Source: Akkermansia muciniphila | GTDB taxonomy: Bacteria; Verrucomicrobiota; Verrucomicrobiia; Methylacidiphilales; CAMAQI01 | Assembly (NCBI GenBank): GCA_945883905.1 | Contig: CAMCYL010000001.1 | Coordinates: 2,088-66,087 of the forward strand | Length of the DNA stretch: 64,000 nt | Direction: 5' to 3' | Shown: one piece after another, positions 27,925 to 37,042 of the stretch | Layout: each line of letters starts with the position of its first letter | Position numbering within the stretch: the first letter of the stretch is position 1 | Translations under genes and position numbers: made by a program | The notes under the pieces: generated by a model | The model's database searches: none | What the model was told of the DNA's origin: nothing | Seen by the model: the letters and a program-made list of their open reading frames with translations, nothing else

Positions 27925-28926
27925 ATGTTTTATCAAAAGGTTATTAAACCCATTTTATTTCGTTGCGATCCTGAAACGATTCATCATGCCGCGATGGCGA
28001 TGCTTCAGAATCGATTTTTTGCCTCCGTTGCGAGCCTCGGTTGTTCTATTCAAGATCCTCGACTAAAACGAACTTTATGGGGAATTGATTTTCCGAATCC
28101 GATTGGATTGGCTGCTGGATTTGATAAAAATGGATTGGCTCTTCCCATTTGGGAGAAGTTTGGATTTGGCCATGCGGAGATTGGGACTGTGACCCTTCAT
28201 GGACAGGAGGGAAATCCGCGACCTCGGATTTTTCGGATTCCGGAGGCGGAGGCAATTATTAATCGAATGGGGTTTCCCAACGAAGGGGCCGATCGGATCG
28301 CTCAACGACTTGAGGGCTACAAAAATAGTGGAATGTGGCCTCGTATTCCGGTTGGAATCAATATTGGAAAATCGAAAGTCACTTCACTGGAGGAGTCTCC
28401 GAACGATTATCTCGGTTCCTTTCAACGTTTAGAACGGTATGCCGATTACGTCGCGATTAATGTGAGTTCACCCAATACTCCCGGTCTTCGATCGCTGCAA
28501 ACGCGGGAATCGCTCTCAAGGATCTTAGACCCGATACAAAATGCGAATTCGCGCCGGGTTCCCATTCTCGTTAAAATCGCTCCTGATTTATCTTGGGAGG
28601 AGATCGAAGTTATTTTGGAGACGATGGAGCAATTTCAATGCGCAGGCATTATTGCCACGAACACCACTTTAGATAAAAGTGCGGTTCCATTAAAAGAGGA
28701 GGGGGGGGTAAGTGGTTCTCCGGTGAGAGAAAAAAGTACCCGTATTATTCGATCCATCTCTCAAAAAACGATCGGTCGATTGCCGATTATTGGAGTCGGT
28801 GGAATTCAGCATTTTGAGGATGTTCAGGAAAAGTTACAAGCGGGAGCCTCCTTAGTTCAGATTTATACCGGATTTATTTATCAAGGTCCTCAAGTGGTTA
28901 GAAGAGTTCTAAATCGACTCGTTTGA
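27925..28926 (+). CDS. pyrD: Dihydroorotate dehydrogenase (quinone), class 2
   Basis: GLAAGFDKN, NRMGFPNEG, INVSSPNTPGLR and IGVGGI motifs. Confidence 0.9.
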   Translation: MFYQKVIKPILFRCDPETIHHAAMAMLQNRFFASVASLGCSIQDPRLKRTLWGIDFPNPIGLAAGFDKNGLALPIWEKFGFGHAEIGTVTLHGQEGNPRPRIFRIPEAEAIINRMGFPNEGADRIAQRLEGYKNSGMWPRIPVGINIGKSKVTSLEESPNDYLGSFQRLERYADYVAINVSSPNTPGLRSLQTRESLSRILDPIQNANSRRVPILVKIAPDLSWEEIEVILETMEQFQCAGIIATNTTLDKSAVPLKEEGGVSGSPVREKSTRIIRSISQKTIGRLPIIGVGGIQHFEDVQEKLQAGASLVQIYTGFIYQGPQVVRRVLNRLV

Positions 28927-29047
28927 GATCTGATCTTTAATCTGGAGATTGATGATTTATGGGTATTTTTTTCTGGCAATATAGGGTTGCATTTATCTTT
29001 AAATAAGTGTACCATTTGTAAAACACCCTAGCAACTTCTAATCTTAT

Positions 29048-29692
29048 ATGAATGATATAAAAAAAACTCGAGTCTTAATCATTGATGATCAAACCATGTT
29101 TCGCGAGCTTTTGGCTCGTTTAATCTCACAAGAGTCAAGGTTTGAAATTGTGGGTAATGCCGGAGATGGACGTGAGGCATTGGAGAATTTTTCGAATCTT
29201 AAGCCTGACCTCGTTGTTTTAGATTTAATGCTTCCAGGGTTAAATGGGATTGATTTACTGCGTCAATTTCTTCGTGAAAGACCGGAGATCCGAATTTTGG
29301 TGATTTCTGGACATCCCTCTGAAGAGACCGTTCGAGGAGTATTGAAAGCGGGAGCTCATGGTTTTATTGAGAAAAATGCTTCGATTGAGCTTTTACGTCA
29401 GTCCGTGAATCAAGTGGCGGATGGGGGAAGTTATTTCGGACCTTCGGTGGCGAATTTATTAAGAAATGCAGTGGCGAATCCGACTGCGGATGAGGGGATG
29501 CTTTCGAATCGTGAGCGTGAGATTTTGCAGTTAGTGGCAGAAGGTCATAGTACCAAGGAGATCGCAGTGATTCTAACGTTGAGTATTAAGACGGTGGATA
29601 ACCATCGGAGTAATATCATGAAAAAGTTGAATATTCATGATATCGCGAGTTTGACACGTTATGCGATCAAAGTCGGATTGATTTCAGTTTAG
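29048..29692 (+). CDS. Two-component response regulator, NarL/FixJ (LuxR HTH) family
   Basis: REC domain (LIIDDQ, DLVVLDLMLPG, K at KAGAHGFIEK) plus a LuxR-type HTH (LSNREREILQLVAEGHSTKEIA). Confidence 0.9.
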   Translation: MNDIKKTRVLIIDDQTMFRELLARLISQESRFEIVGNAGDGREALENFSNLKPDLVVLDLMLPGLNGIDLLRQFLRERPEIRILVISGHPSEETVRGVLKAGAHGFIEKNASIELLRQSVNQVADGGSYFGPSVANLLRNAVANPTADEGMLSNREREILQLVAEGHSTKEIAVILTLSIKTVDNHRSNIMKKLNIHDIASLTRYAIKVGLISV

Positions 29693-29790
29693 TTTCTGAG
29701 ACTCATTGACTTTTATTTTTTTCTTACGCAGGGATTGGAGTTCACTACCGTCCAAAACCACTTTGGATTTGAGAGGGAAAATCGAAGAGG

Positions 29791-30244
29791 GGGATTGAAA
29801 TCCTAAATCAGTTCTCACACAACGCCGCTACGCCGCCACGTCAGAGAGGGAGAAGATCGTGAGCTCATTCCTTTCGGCGTCTCCTTCGTCGGCTGCCGCC
29901 TACAGAGAATCTCTCCCGTTTCTTTGAAAAAAGGATTTTCAAAAAACGATCGAGTTTCTCTGTAGGGGCTCGGTTTCACCTCTCCTCGGAAAGAGCTCAC
30001 GATCCTTTCAGGGAGAAATTCTCAGATTGTTTTTATATAAAAAAAGGGGGGGAGTTCTGACCCCAAGAGCGTAAGCGATAGATCCTTGTTTTTAAAAAGG
30101 GATCGAAAGCTCGTTTTCGAGAACTTTTTAAAAATAGGGAGGAGGCTCGGAGGAGCCGTGGTCAGAACGAGGGGGGGGTAGGGATTTAACGTGGCGTCGT
30201 GGCGTCGTTGCGCGAGACAATGTATTTAAGGTATTTTGTTTTGG
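29791..30244. repeat. Composite palindromic repeat, copy R1 (arms plus IR-bounded core, with a nested 246-bp palindromic insertion)
   Basis: The left arm 29791-29816 is identical to 54248-54273. The right arm 30218-30244 matches 54488-54514 at 22/27. The core 29813-30217 is bounded by 29-bp imperfect inverted repeats (24/29) and matches the reverse complement of the R2 core. Confidence 0.85.
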
Positions 30245-30310
30245 ACACCAATGATTGGAGCTCCTTTTGTGCTCTTGTTCTTTGGCTGAAATCTGGTTTT
30301 CTTTTTAGTT

Positions 30311-31114
30311 ATGAAAAAGAATTCCTTTTCCTCGTTTCTCACATTGAATGCTCTTGCTCGTTGGGGTTGTTTGGGACCTCTGTTTTTAGTCGCTTGTGTA
30401 ACGCTTTCGGAGACGGGTGAACGGGTTTTTTTAATGACTTCACCCAGTCAGGAGGCTCAGATGGGGGCTCAATCTTTTCAAAGTCTTAAACAAAATCAAA
30501 AGATTTCGACCAATAGTGCGGATCAAGCACGTGTGAAAGCGGTTGCGGATCGATTGGTCGCTCATGTGGCGATGGCGAATGTCCAATGGGAGACTGTTGT
30601 TTTTGAAGATGAAACTCCGAATGCATTCGCGCTTCCGGGAGGGAAGATTGGAGTGCATACGGGAATGTTAAAGTTGGTAGAAAATGATGCTCAGCTTGCG
30701 GCGGTGATGGGACATGAAATCGCTCACGTGACGATGCGCCATTCAGGGCAACGTTTTAGTGCCCAGTTTCCGATCATGTTGGGATATGCAGGATTAGGAG
30801 CGGCATTGCAACATGAGGATTGGAAGACCCAGCAGCTTGCGATGACGGCTTATGGAGTGGGTTCACAGGTTTTCGGAGTATTGCCCTTTAGTCGTCAGCA
30901 TGAATATCAAGCGGATGAAATCGGGCTTAAGTATATGGCAAAGGCAGGGTATGATCCTCAACAGGCAATTCAGTTTTGGAAATTAATGGAGAAGAGCGCA
31001 AAAGCAGGGAAGCCTCCTGAATTTTTAAGTACACATCCCTCTGATTCCAATCGAATCGCTCGATTGGAACAGGCACTACCCGCTGCGATGCCGTATTATC
31101 AAGGGATTCGATAG
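30311..31114 (+). CDS. M48-family zinc metalloprotease lipoprotein
   Basis: Lipobox LFLVAC, HEIAHV (HExxH), and a downstream glutamate in EYQADEIG. Confidence 0.8.
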   Translation: MKKNSFSSFLTLNALARWGCLGPLFLVACVTLSETGERVFLMTSPSQEAQMGAQSFQSLKQNQKISTNSADQARVKAVADRLVAHVAMANVQWETVVFEDETPNAFALPGGKIGVHTGMLKLVENDAQLAAVMGHEIAHVTMRHSGQRFSAQFPIMLGYAGLGAALQHEDWKTQQLAMTAYGVGSQVFGVLPFSRQHEYQADEIGLKYMAKAGYDPQQAIQFWKLMEKSAKAGKPPEFLSTHPSDSNRIARLEQALPAAMPYYQGIR

Positions 31115-31127
31115 AGAGGGAACTTAA

Positions 31128-32237
31128 ATGAATTCTGTACCCCGATTCATGTACGCTTCGAGCGAAGAGAATGCAGAGATGCTTTATGCGACGCATTTTT
31201 TTGTTCCGGATCCGTTTTTATGGTGGGAATTTTCAGGAAAGAGTTCTGTTGTTTTAAGTCCCTTAGAAATCGATCGTGGTAAGCGAGAGGCGAAGGTCAA
31301 TCGAGTTTACGCGTTTGAGGCTTTTCTGGAAAAAGGGGTAAAGCCGATGGCGGTTCCTTTAATTTTGGCTGTCTGTAAAAAATTTCGTTTTAAGAGAATT
31401 CAAGTCTCCTCCTTTTTTCCTGCGGGGATCGTGGAAGGGGTTCGAAAAGCGGGAATTCGAGTGGAGGTGTTGGAGGGGGTATTTTTTTCAGAGCGACGAT
31501 TTAAGTCATCGGCAGAAGTTCAGAAGATTCGCCGTGGGGTGGAGTTAGCGACAATTGGTCTTTTGAGAGGAGAGACGGTTTTGAAAGAGGCGACGATTCG
31601 CAAGGATCGAAAGCTTTTTTGGGGAAATCAAATATTAACTTCGGAGCGGCTACGGGGAGAGATTGATGCGGCGATTGTCCGTGCGAATGGCCTCCCAGCG
31701 AATACGATTGTGGCAGGGGGAGATCAGGCTTGTGATCCACATGAGCGAGGGTCGGGTCCCTTATATGCGAACCAGGCGATCATTCTTGATATATTTCCTC
31801 GGGATCCTCAAAGCGGATATTATGGGGATTTGACGAGAACCTTTGTGAGAGGGCGGGCTTCTGAGCCTTTAAGGCATCTTTATCAGACAGTGAAAGAGGG
31901 GAAGGCTTGGGTGATGAAGGAGATGAGACCGGGTCGATCGGGTGCGGAGATGCAGCAAGCGCTTGGGGATCGTTTTAAGAAAGCCGGCTATCCCACACAA
32001 AAGATCAAAGGACGATGGGTCGGATTTTTTCATGGCATTGGTCATGGGTTGGGTTTGGAGGTGCATGAGAGCCCTCGTTTTTCAGAGACCGATTTTAAAC
32101 CTGGAGAGGTGATTACCGTGGAACCGGGCATTTATTATCCGGGGATTGGTGGAGTGCGGTTGGAGGATGTGGTGGTGGTTCATTCAAGGGGGATTCGGAA
32201 TTTAACAAATCTTCCGGAAGTGCTGGAGCTTTTTTAA
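31128..32237 (+). CDS. M24-family Xaa-Pro peptidase / aminopeptidase P-like
   Basis: Pita-bread-fold metal ligands: DIFPRD..YYGDLTRTF, HGIGHGLGLEVHE, TVEPGIY, VRLEDVV. Confidence 0.8.
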   Translation: MNSVPRFMYASSEENAEMLYATHFFVPDPFLWWEFSGKSSVVLSPLEIDRGKREAKVNRVYAFEAFLEKGVKPMAVPLILAVCKKFRFKRIQVSSFFPAGIVEGVRKAGIRVEVLEGVFFSERRFKSSAEVQKIRRGVELATIGLLRGETVLKEATIRKDRKLFWGNQILTSERLRGEIDAAIVRANGLPANTIVAGGDQACDPHERGSGPLYANQAIILDIFPRDPQSGYYGDLTRTFVRGRASEPLRHLYQTVKEGKAWVMKEMRPGRSGAEMQQALGDRFKKAGYPTQKIKGRWVGFFHGIGHGLGLEVHESPRFSETDFKPGEVITVEPGIYYPGIGGVRLEDVVVVHSRGIRNLTNLPEVLELF

Positions 32238-32275
32238 GAATTGATTCCGAGCATTCAAACGTACATTGTCTGGTG

Positions 32276-33241
32276 ATGAGTCAAATGGATCGAGTCCCTA
32301 AGGCGGTTATTCCCTCGGTGACTGTCGGCGATTATTATTCAAAACATGCTGAAGCGCTTCATATGAAGTTGATTGCGGGGGCGAGTGGATTAAAACGAAA
32401 AATCCGAGAGGGCTCTGTGAATCGTCCGGGATTGGGTTTAGTTGGTTTTTTTAAGAATTTTGCTTGGAAACGAGTTCAGGTCATTGGTTGGGCAGAGACG
32501 GCTTACTTGAATTCATTGACACCGAAGGAAAGTCGTAAGAGGGTTCGTGATTTATTTTCTCAAAAGATTCCCGCGATTGTTTTTACTCGAAATATTAAGC
32601 CTCCGGAACATCTATTAGAGGAGGCGGAGAATTTTAATATCCCCGTTTTTAAAAGTTCGATGGCGACCCTTCGATTTCTCAATGCGGCGACGATTTGTAT
32701 GGAGATGGATTTTGCCCCTAGAACATCCGTTTATGGGAGTATGCTTGATATTCAAGGGGTGGGAGTAATTATTCGCGGGGATAGTGGGATTGGGAAAAGT
32801 GAATGCGCACTTTCCCTCCTTGCGCGAGGTCATAGCTTAGTGGCGGATGATATCACCCGGGTTCGGATTTTTGAGGGACGGGAGTTGATCGGGTCGGCCT
32901 CTCCTGTGACGCGTTCCCATATGGAGGTGCGAGGATTGGGGATCATTAATGCGGCTCATTTATTTGGGATTCGGAGTGTGCGGCATGAAAAACGGATCGA
33001 TTTGGTAGTGACTTTAGCAGAGTGGTCGAAGGTTGAGGATGTGGAGCGAGTGGGATTAGATGAAAGTCATTATGAAATCTTGCAAATCAAAATTCCTCAT
33101 GTCATTATCCCTGTAAGGCCGGGGCGAGATCTTGCAACGATCGTTGAGGTTGCTGCAATGGATCAGAAGCTTAAAACAATGGGACAACATTCTGCATCTG
33201 AATTTAACAATCGGTTGATTCAGACGATTTCAAATCAATAA
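32276..33241 (+). CDS. hprK: HPr kinase/phosphorylase
   Basis: Walker A GDSGIGKSECAL and the signature HMEVRGLGIIN. ATG 32276 preferred over the listed GTG 32273. Confidence 0.9.
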   Translation: MSQMDRVPKAVIPSVTVGDYYSKHAEALHMKLIAGASGLKRKIREGSVNRPGLGLVGFFKNFAWKRVQVIGWAETAYLNSLTPKESRKRVRDLFSQKIPAIVFTRNIKPPEHLLEEAENFNIPVFKSSMATLRFLNAATICMEMDFAPRTSVYGSMLDIQGVGVIIRGDSGIGKSECALSLLARGHSLVADDITRVRIFEGRELIGSASPVTRSHMEVRGLGIINAAHLFGIRSVRHEKRIDLVVTLAEWSKVEDVERVGLDESHYEILQIKIPHVIIPVRPGRDLATIVEVAAMDQKLKTMGQHSASEFNNRLIQTISNQ

Positions 33242-33252
33242 CGGAGTATAAC

Positions 33253-33537
33253 ATGTCTGGAAAAGATGGAAAAATAGTTAAAGACGTGGTGGTTGCGAAT
33301 AAATTAGGGATCCATGCCCGTCCAGCAGCGATGTTTGTCCGAGTGGCAAATCGATTTACTTGCGAGTTATGGGTTGAGAAAGATGGGGAAGAGGTCAATG
33401 GAAAAAGCATCATGGGTTTAATGCTTTTAGCGGCTGGGTGTGGTTCTCGCTTGAAGGTAACGGCGATTGGAACGGATGCTTCAGAGGCTCTTAAAGAAAT
33501 AGAAGAATTAATAGCTCGCAAATTTGACGAGGAATAG
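33253..33537 (+). CDS. ptsH: Phosphocarrier protein HPr
   Basis: GIHARPA (His15 site) and GKSIMGLM (Ser46 site). Confidence 0.9.
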   Translation: MSGKDGKIVKDVVVANKLGIHARPAAMFVRVANRFTCELWVEKDGEEVNGKSIMGLMLLAAGCGSRLKVTAIGTDASEALKEIEELIARKFDEE

Positions 33538-33557
33538 TGTAAAAATACCTCCAGAGT

Positions 33558-35327
33558 ATGGAGGGAAATTCTCAATCATTATTAAATGAGGTAAGGCTCG
33601 TTGGAGTCGCGGCATCACCAGGCTGTGTGATTGCGCCTGTTGTTGTTTTTTCTCAGGACAATAAAATCATTCGGCGTCGGAAGATTAAGCCGGATGATAT
33701 CTTTAATGAGATGGGACTTTTAGAGGAGGCGTTAGGAAAAACACGCCAAGAGATTTTAGAGATTAAGGAGCGGTTAGAAAAGGATTTACCAGATCAGGAT
33801 TCTGCTATTTTTGATGCTCATTTATTAGTTTTAGAGGATCCGACCATCATTGAGGCGGTTAAAACGCAGTTAGCGGAGAAGCTGCTAGGGGTTGATTATA
33901 TCTATCAGCAGACGACGAAATCATTTATTAAGCAGCTTCGCCAAATTGAGGATGAGTTTTTAAGTGAACGTGCGGCTGATATTCAAGATGTGAGTCGTCG
34001 TGTATTGAGGCATTTACAAGGACGTTCCGGTTTCTCGCTTCAATTAGATGTTCCTTCAATTATTGTTGCTCATGATTTAACTCCGAGTGATACCGCACAG
34101 TTGGATCGCAAGATGGTTTTGGGCTTTGCGACTGAGGCGGGAAGTCGAACCTCACACACAGCGATTATTGCTCGATCTTTAGATATTCCGGCGGTCGTTA
34201 GTTTAAAGCAGGTTCTGAATCAGATTGAATCTGGCGTTGAGGTTTTATTGGATGGTCATGAAGGGGTTTTAATTCTCAATCCTGCGGAGGCGACAAAGCA
34301 GGTTTTCGGTCAGATTGAAGGCAAGCGGTTAGAGGTGGATCAGCAGTTGACCTCCCTTCGTGAGGTTTCGGCGGTGACCACCGATCAAAAGAAGATTACG
34401 ATTTCGGCGAATGTGGGGTTAGAGGCTGATATTCCGATGATGATTGAGAATGGGGCGGAGGGAGTGGGGCTCTATCGTACGGAGTTTCTTTATATTAATC
34501 GGGAGGGTTTTCCGAGCGAAGAGGAGCAATATCAGAATTATCGAGCGATTGCCCATGCGGCTCTTCCTCATTCAGTCATTATTCGGACCTTAGATTTAGG
34601 GGGAGATAAGTTTATTTCAAATAGCGAGGGATTCATTCCTGAGCAGAATCCTTTTTTAGGATGGAGAGGAATTCGATATTGTTTAACTGAGAAATCGATC
34701 TTTAAAATTCAATTAAGAGCTATTTGTCGGGCGAGTGTGGAGGGAAATATAAAGATTATGTTTCCGATGGTTTCTGATATCGATGAATATCGTCGAGCCC
34801 GCTCACTTCTTGAAGAGGTGAAGCGAGAGCTGCGGTCTGAGGGAGTTGCGATTGCGGATAAGATGGAGGTTGGGGTGATGATTGAAGTTCCCTCCGCGGC
34901 GATAACGGCAGAGTTTTATGCAAGAGAGGCGAATTTTTTAAGTATTGGGACGAATGATTTAATTCAATATACCCTTGCCGTTGATCGGGTTAATGAAAAG
35001 GTCTCTTATCTGTATCAACCGACACATCCCTCGATTTTACGTTTAATTAAGCAAGTCGTTGATGCAGGACATCGTCATAATATTTGGGTTGGAGTCTGCG
35101 GGGAGATGGCTTCCGATATCCTTTTAACTCCTTTGCTCTTGGGATTAGGGGTTGATGAATTGAGTTTAGGTGCGGGTAATATTCCTCGGATTAAAAAGGC
35201 GATTCAAACCTTGAATTTTGAGGAGACCCAAAAGATGGTGACGGAGTGGATGGATTGGTATAAGGCGGAGGATATTATGCATGCCTTAGAAGATTATGCG
35301 AAGGGTCTTTACCCTGATTTATTGTAG
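33558..35327 (+). CDS. ptsI: Phosphoenolpyruvate-protein phosphotransferase (Enzyme I)
   Basis: GSRTSHTAIIARSL (active His), GLYRTEFLY and SIGTNDLIQYTLAVDR motifs. Confidence 0.95.
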   Translation: MEGNSQSLLNEVRLVGVAASPGCVIAPVVVFSQDNKIIRRRKIKPDDIFNEMGLLEEALGKTRQEILEIKERLEKDLPDQDSAIFDAHLLVLEDPTIIEAVKTQLAEKLLGVDYIYQQTTKSFIKQLRQIEDEFLSERAADIQDVSRRVLRHLQGRSGFSLQLDVPSIIVAHDLTPSDTAQLDRKMVLGFATEAGSRTSHTAIIARSLDIPAVVSLKQVLNQIESGVEVLLDGHEGVLILNPAEATKQVFGQIEGKRLEVDQQLTSLREVSAVTTDQKKITISANVGLEADIPMMIENGAEGVGLYRTEFLYINREGFPSEEEQYQNYRAIAHAALPHSVIIRTLDLGGDKFISNSEGFIPEQNPFLGWRGIRYCLTEKSIFKIQLRAICRASVEGNIKIMFPMVSDIDEYRRARSLLEEVKRELRSEGVAIADKMEVGVMIEVPSAAITAEFYAREANFLSIGTNDLIQYTLAVDRVNEKVSYLYQPTHPSILRLIKQVVDAGHRHNIWVGVCGEMASDILLTPLLLGLGVDELSLGAGNIPRIKKAIQTLNFEETQKMVTEWMDWYKAEDIMHALEDYAKGLYPDLL

Positions 35328-35384
35328 GAATTTTTAAGGAATTGACTCCGATCAAAAATTCTCTCTTATGAGGGCTCATTTCTT

Positions 35385-36131
35385 ATGCAAGTACTTGTAT
35401 TAGCTGCTGGTTACGCCACACGACTTTATCCTTTGACCCTCAATCAACCCAAGCCTCTCTTGGAAGTTGCGGGACGGCCCATGTTAGAGCATGTCGTTGA
35501 AAAAATTGGAACGATCGCGGGAATTGAGGAGTGGTTGATTGTGACGAACGAAAAGTTTTCGGGACATTTTGAACGATGGTCTGAAATCTATCAGAAGAAA
35601 TCTCCACAATTTCGATGTCAGGTATTTAATGATGGATCCACGAATGATACCGATAAATTGGGAGCGATTGGGGATATTCACTTTGTTGTTTCGAAAGGGG
35701 TCGTTAAGGATGGGTTGATTGTGATTGCGGGGGATAATTTATTTAGCGATTCTTTGGCCGATTTTGGTCGCTATTGTCAAGAGGTGAAGGGACCTGTTCT
35801 AGGGGTTTACGATATTGGAAGTTTAGAGGAAATTAAAAAATATAGTAGTATTGAGATCGATTCCCAAGGGAGGATTGAATCCTTTGAGGAGAAACCGACT
35901 CAACCTAAAAGCACGCTTTTGGGGATTGCGTTATATTATTATCCTCCTGAAGTCGTGGCACTTTTGAAGACTTATATTCAAGAGGGAAATAATCCGGATC
36001 AGCCGGGACGATTTATTCAATGGCTTTATCCTCGGGTTCCGGTTTATACGTGGAAGGTCCCTGGGCTTTGGTATGATATTGGAAGCAAAGAGACCCTCGA
36101 AGAGGCCGATCGGATTTTTAAGTCCCGCTAG
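35385..36131 (+). CDS. Sugar-phosphate nucleotidyltransferase family protein
   Basis: The N-terminus VLVLAAGYATRLYPLTLNQPKPLL is the G-x-G-T-R-L NTP-transferase signature. Confidence 0.75.
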   Translation: MQVLVLAAGYATRLYPLTLNQPKPLLEVAGRPMLEHVVEKIGTIAGIEEWLIVTNEKFSGHFERWSEIYQKKSPQFRCQVFNDGSTNDTDKLGAIGDIHFVVSKGVVKDGLIVIAGDNLFSDSLADFGRYCQEVKGPVLGVYDIGSLEEIKKYSSIEIDSQGRIESFEEKPTQPKSTLLGIALYYYPPEVVALLKTYIQEGNNPDQPGRFIQWLYPRVPVYTWKVPGLWYDIGSKETLEEADRIFKSR

Positions 36132-36193
36132 TTTTCCTTTTTTGAAAAGTAATTCGTAGTGGATATTTTTATTTATTTTGAGACAATCGATCT

Positions 36194-37042
36194 ATGAGCC
36201 AGACTTGGTTGCGTCATGCGCCAGCGAAGATTAATTTAAATCTCAGAATTTTAGGAAAGCGTCCTGATGGTTTTCATGAATTGGAAACTTTCATGGTTCC
36301 GATTTCATTAGCGGATGAGCTCCGTTTTTTAAAGAGAGAGGAAGGAATTAAGATGACTTGTTCCGATCCGAGTTTGCCTTGTGATTCGACAAATCTTGTG
36401 TGGAGAGCGGCAGAGTTATTTTTACAAACTTATTATGTCAAAGGGGGGGTGGAGATTCATTTAGAAAAACGAGTTCCGCATGGGGCAGGATTGGGGGGAG
36501 GGAGCAGCGATGCTGCCACTGTATTACGAGTTCTCAGAGAGATGTATCAAGTGGAGGTGAGTGATGAGGCTTTAGCCGATTTATCCTCACAAATGGGAAG
36601 TGATATTCCATTTTTTATTTATCAACGACCGGCTTGGTGTCGTGGACGAGGAGAAAGAATTGAACCGATGGAGATTCAAGGGATCTATCAAGGGATTTTG
36701 GTACATCCTGGCTTTGGAGTTCCCACTCCTTGGGCGTATAAGACCTATGCGGCCGCTCCTGCGACTGGAGAAAGAGGGGTTGATTTAGGATTTATCGTTC
36801 TTCAGAATGATTTAGAGCCTGCTGTTTTTTCAAAATATGCGTGGATTCCAACGGTTAAAAAATGGTTTCAAAGTCAAACAGAGGTTTTAGATTCGATGAT
36901 GAGTGGTAGTGGTAGTGCGGTTTTTGCTTTAATCAAACCGGGGGAGAATCGGGAGGCTGTTTTAACCCGCTTTCGTCATGCGTTTGGGAGTGAAATATTT
37001 TCAGTTGTATTTGAATTTAACCCAGAAAAGAGGGAATTATGA
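36194..37042 (+). CDS. ispE: 4-diphosphocytidyl-2-C-methyl-D-erythritol kinase
   Basis: APAKINLNLRILGKRPDGFHEL and the GHMP motif PHGAGLGGGSSDAA. Confidence 0.9.
   Translation: MSQTWLRHAPAKINLNLRILGKRPDGFHELETFMVPISLADELRFLKREEGIKMTCSDPSLPCDSTNLVWRAAELFLQTYYVKGGVEIHLEKRVPHGAGLGGGSSDAATVLRVLREMYQVEVSDEALADLSSQMGSDIPFFIYQRPAWCRGRGERIEPMEIQGIYQGILVHPGFGVPTPWAYKTYAAAPATGERGVDLGFIVLQNDLEPAVFSKYAWIPTVKKWFQSQTEVLDSMMSGSGSAVFALIKPGENREAVLTRFRHAFGSEIFSVVFEFNPEKREL

Noticed and set aside
29815-30000. 61-aa ORF inside repeat R1, and the 71-aa ORF 54323-54538 inside R2. The two share the peptide LTWRR.
   Set aside because: The shared residues come from the repeated DNA (CCACGTCAG / CCACGTTAA modules). 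The rest of the two ORFs is unrelated, and they cross homopolymer tracts and hairpins. They are repeat-derived artefacts.
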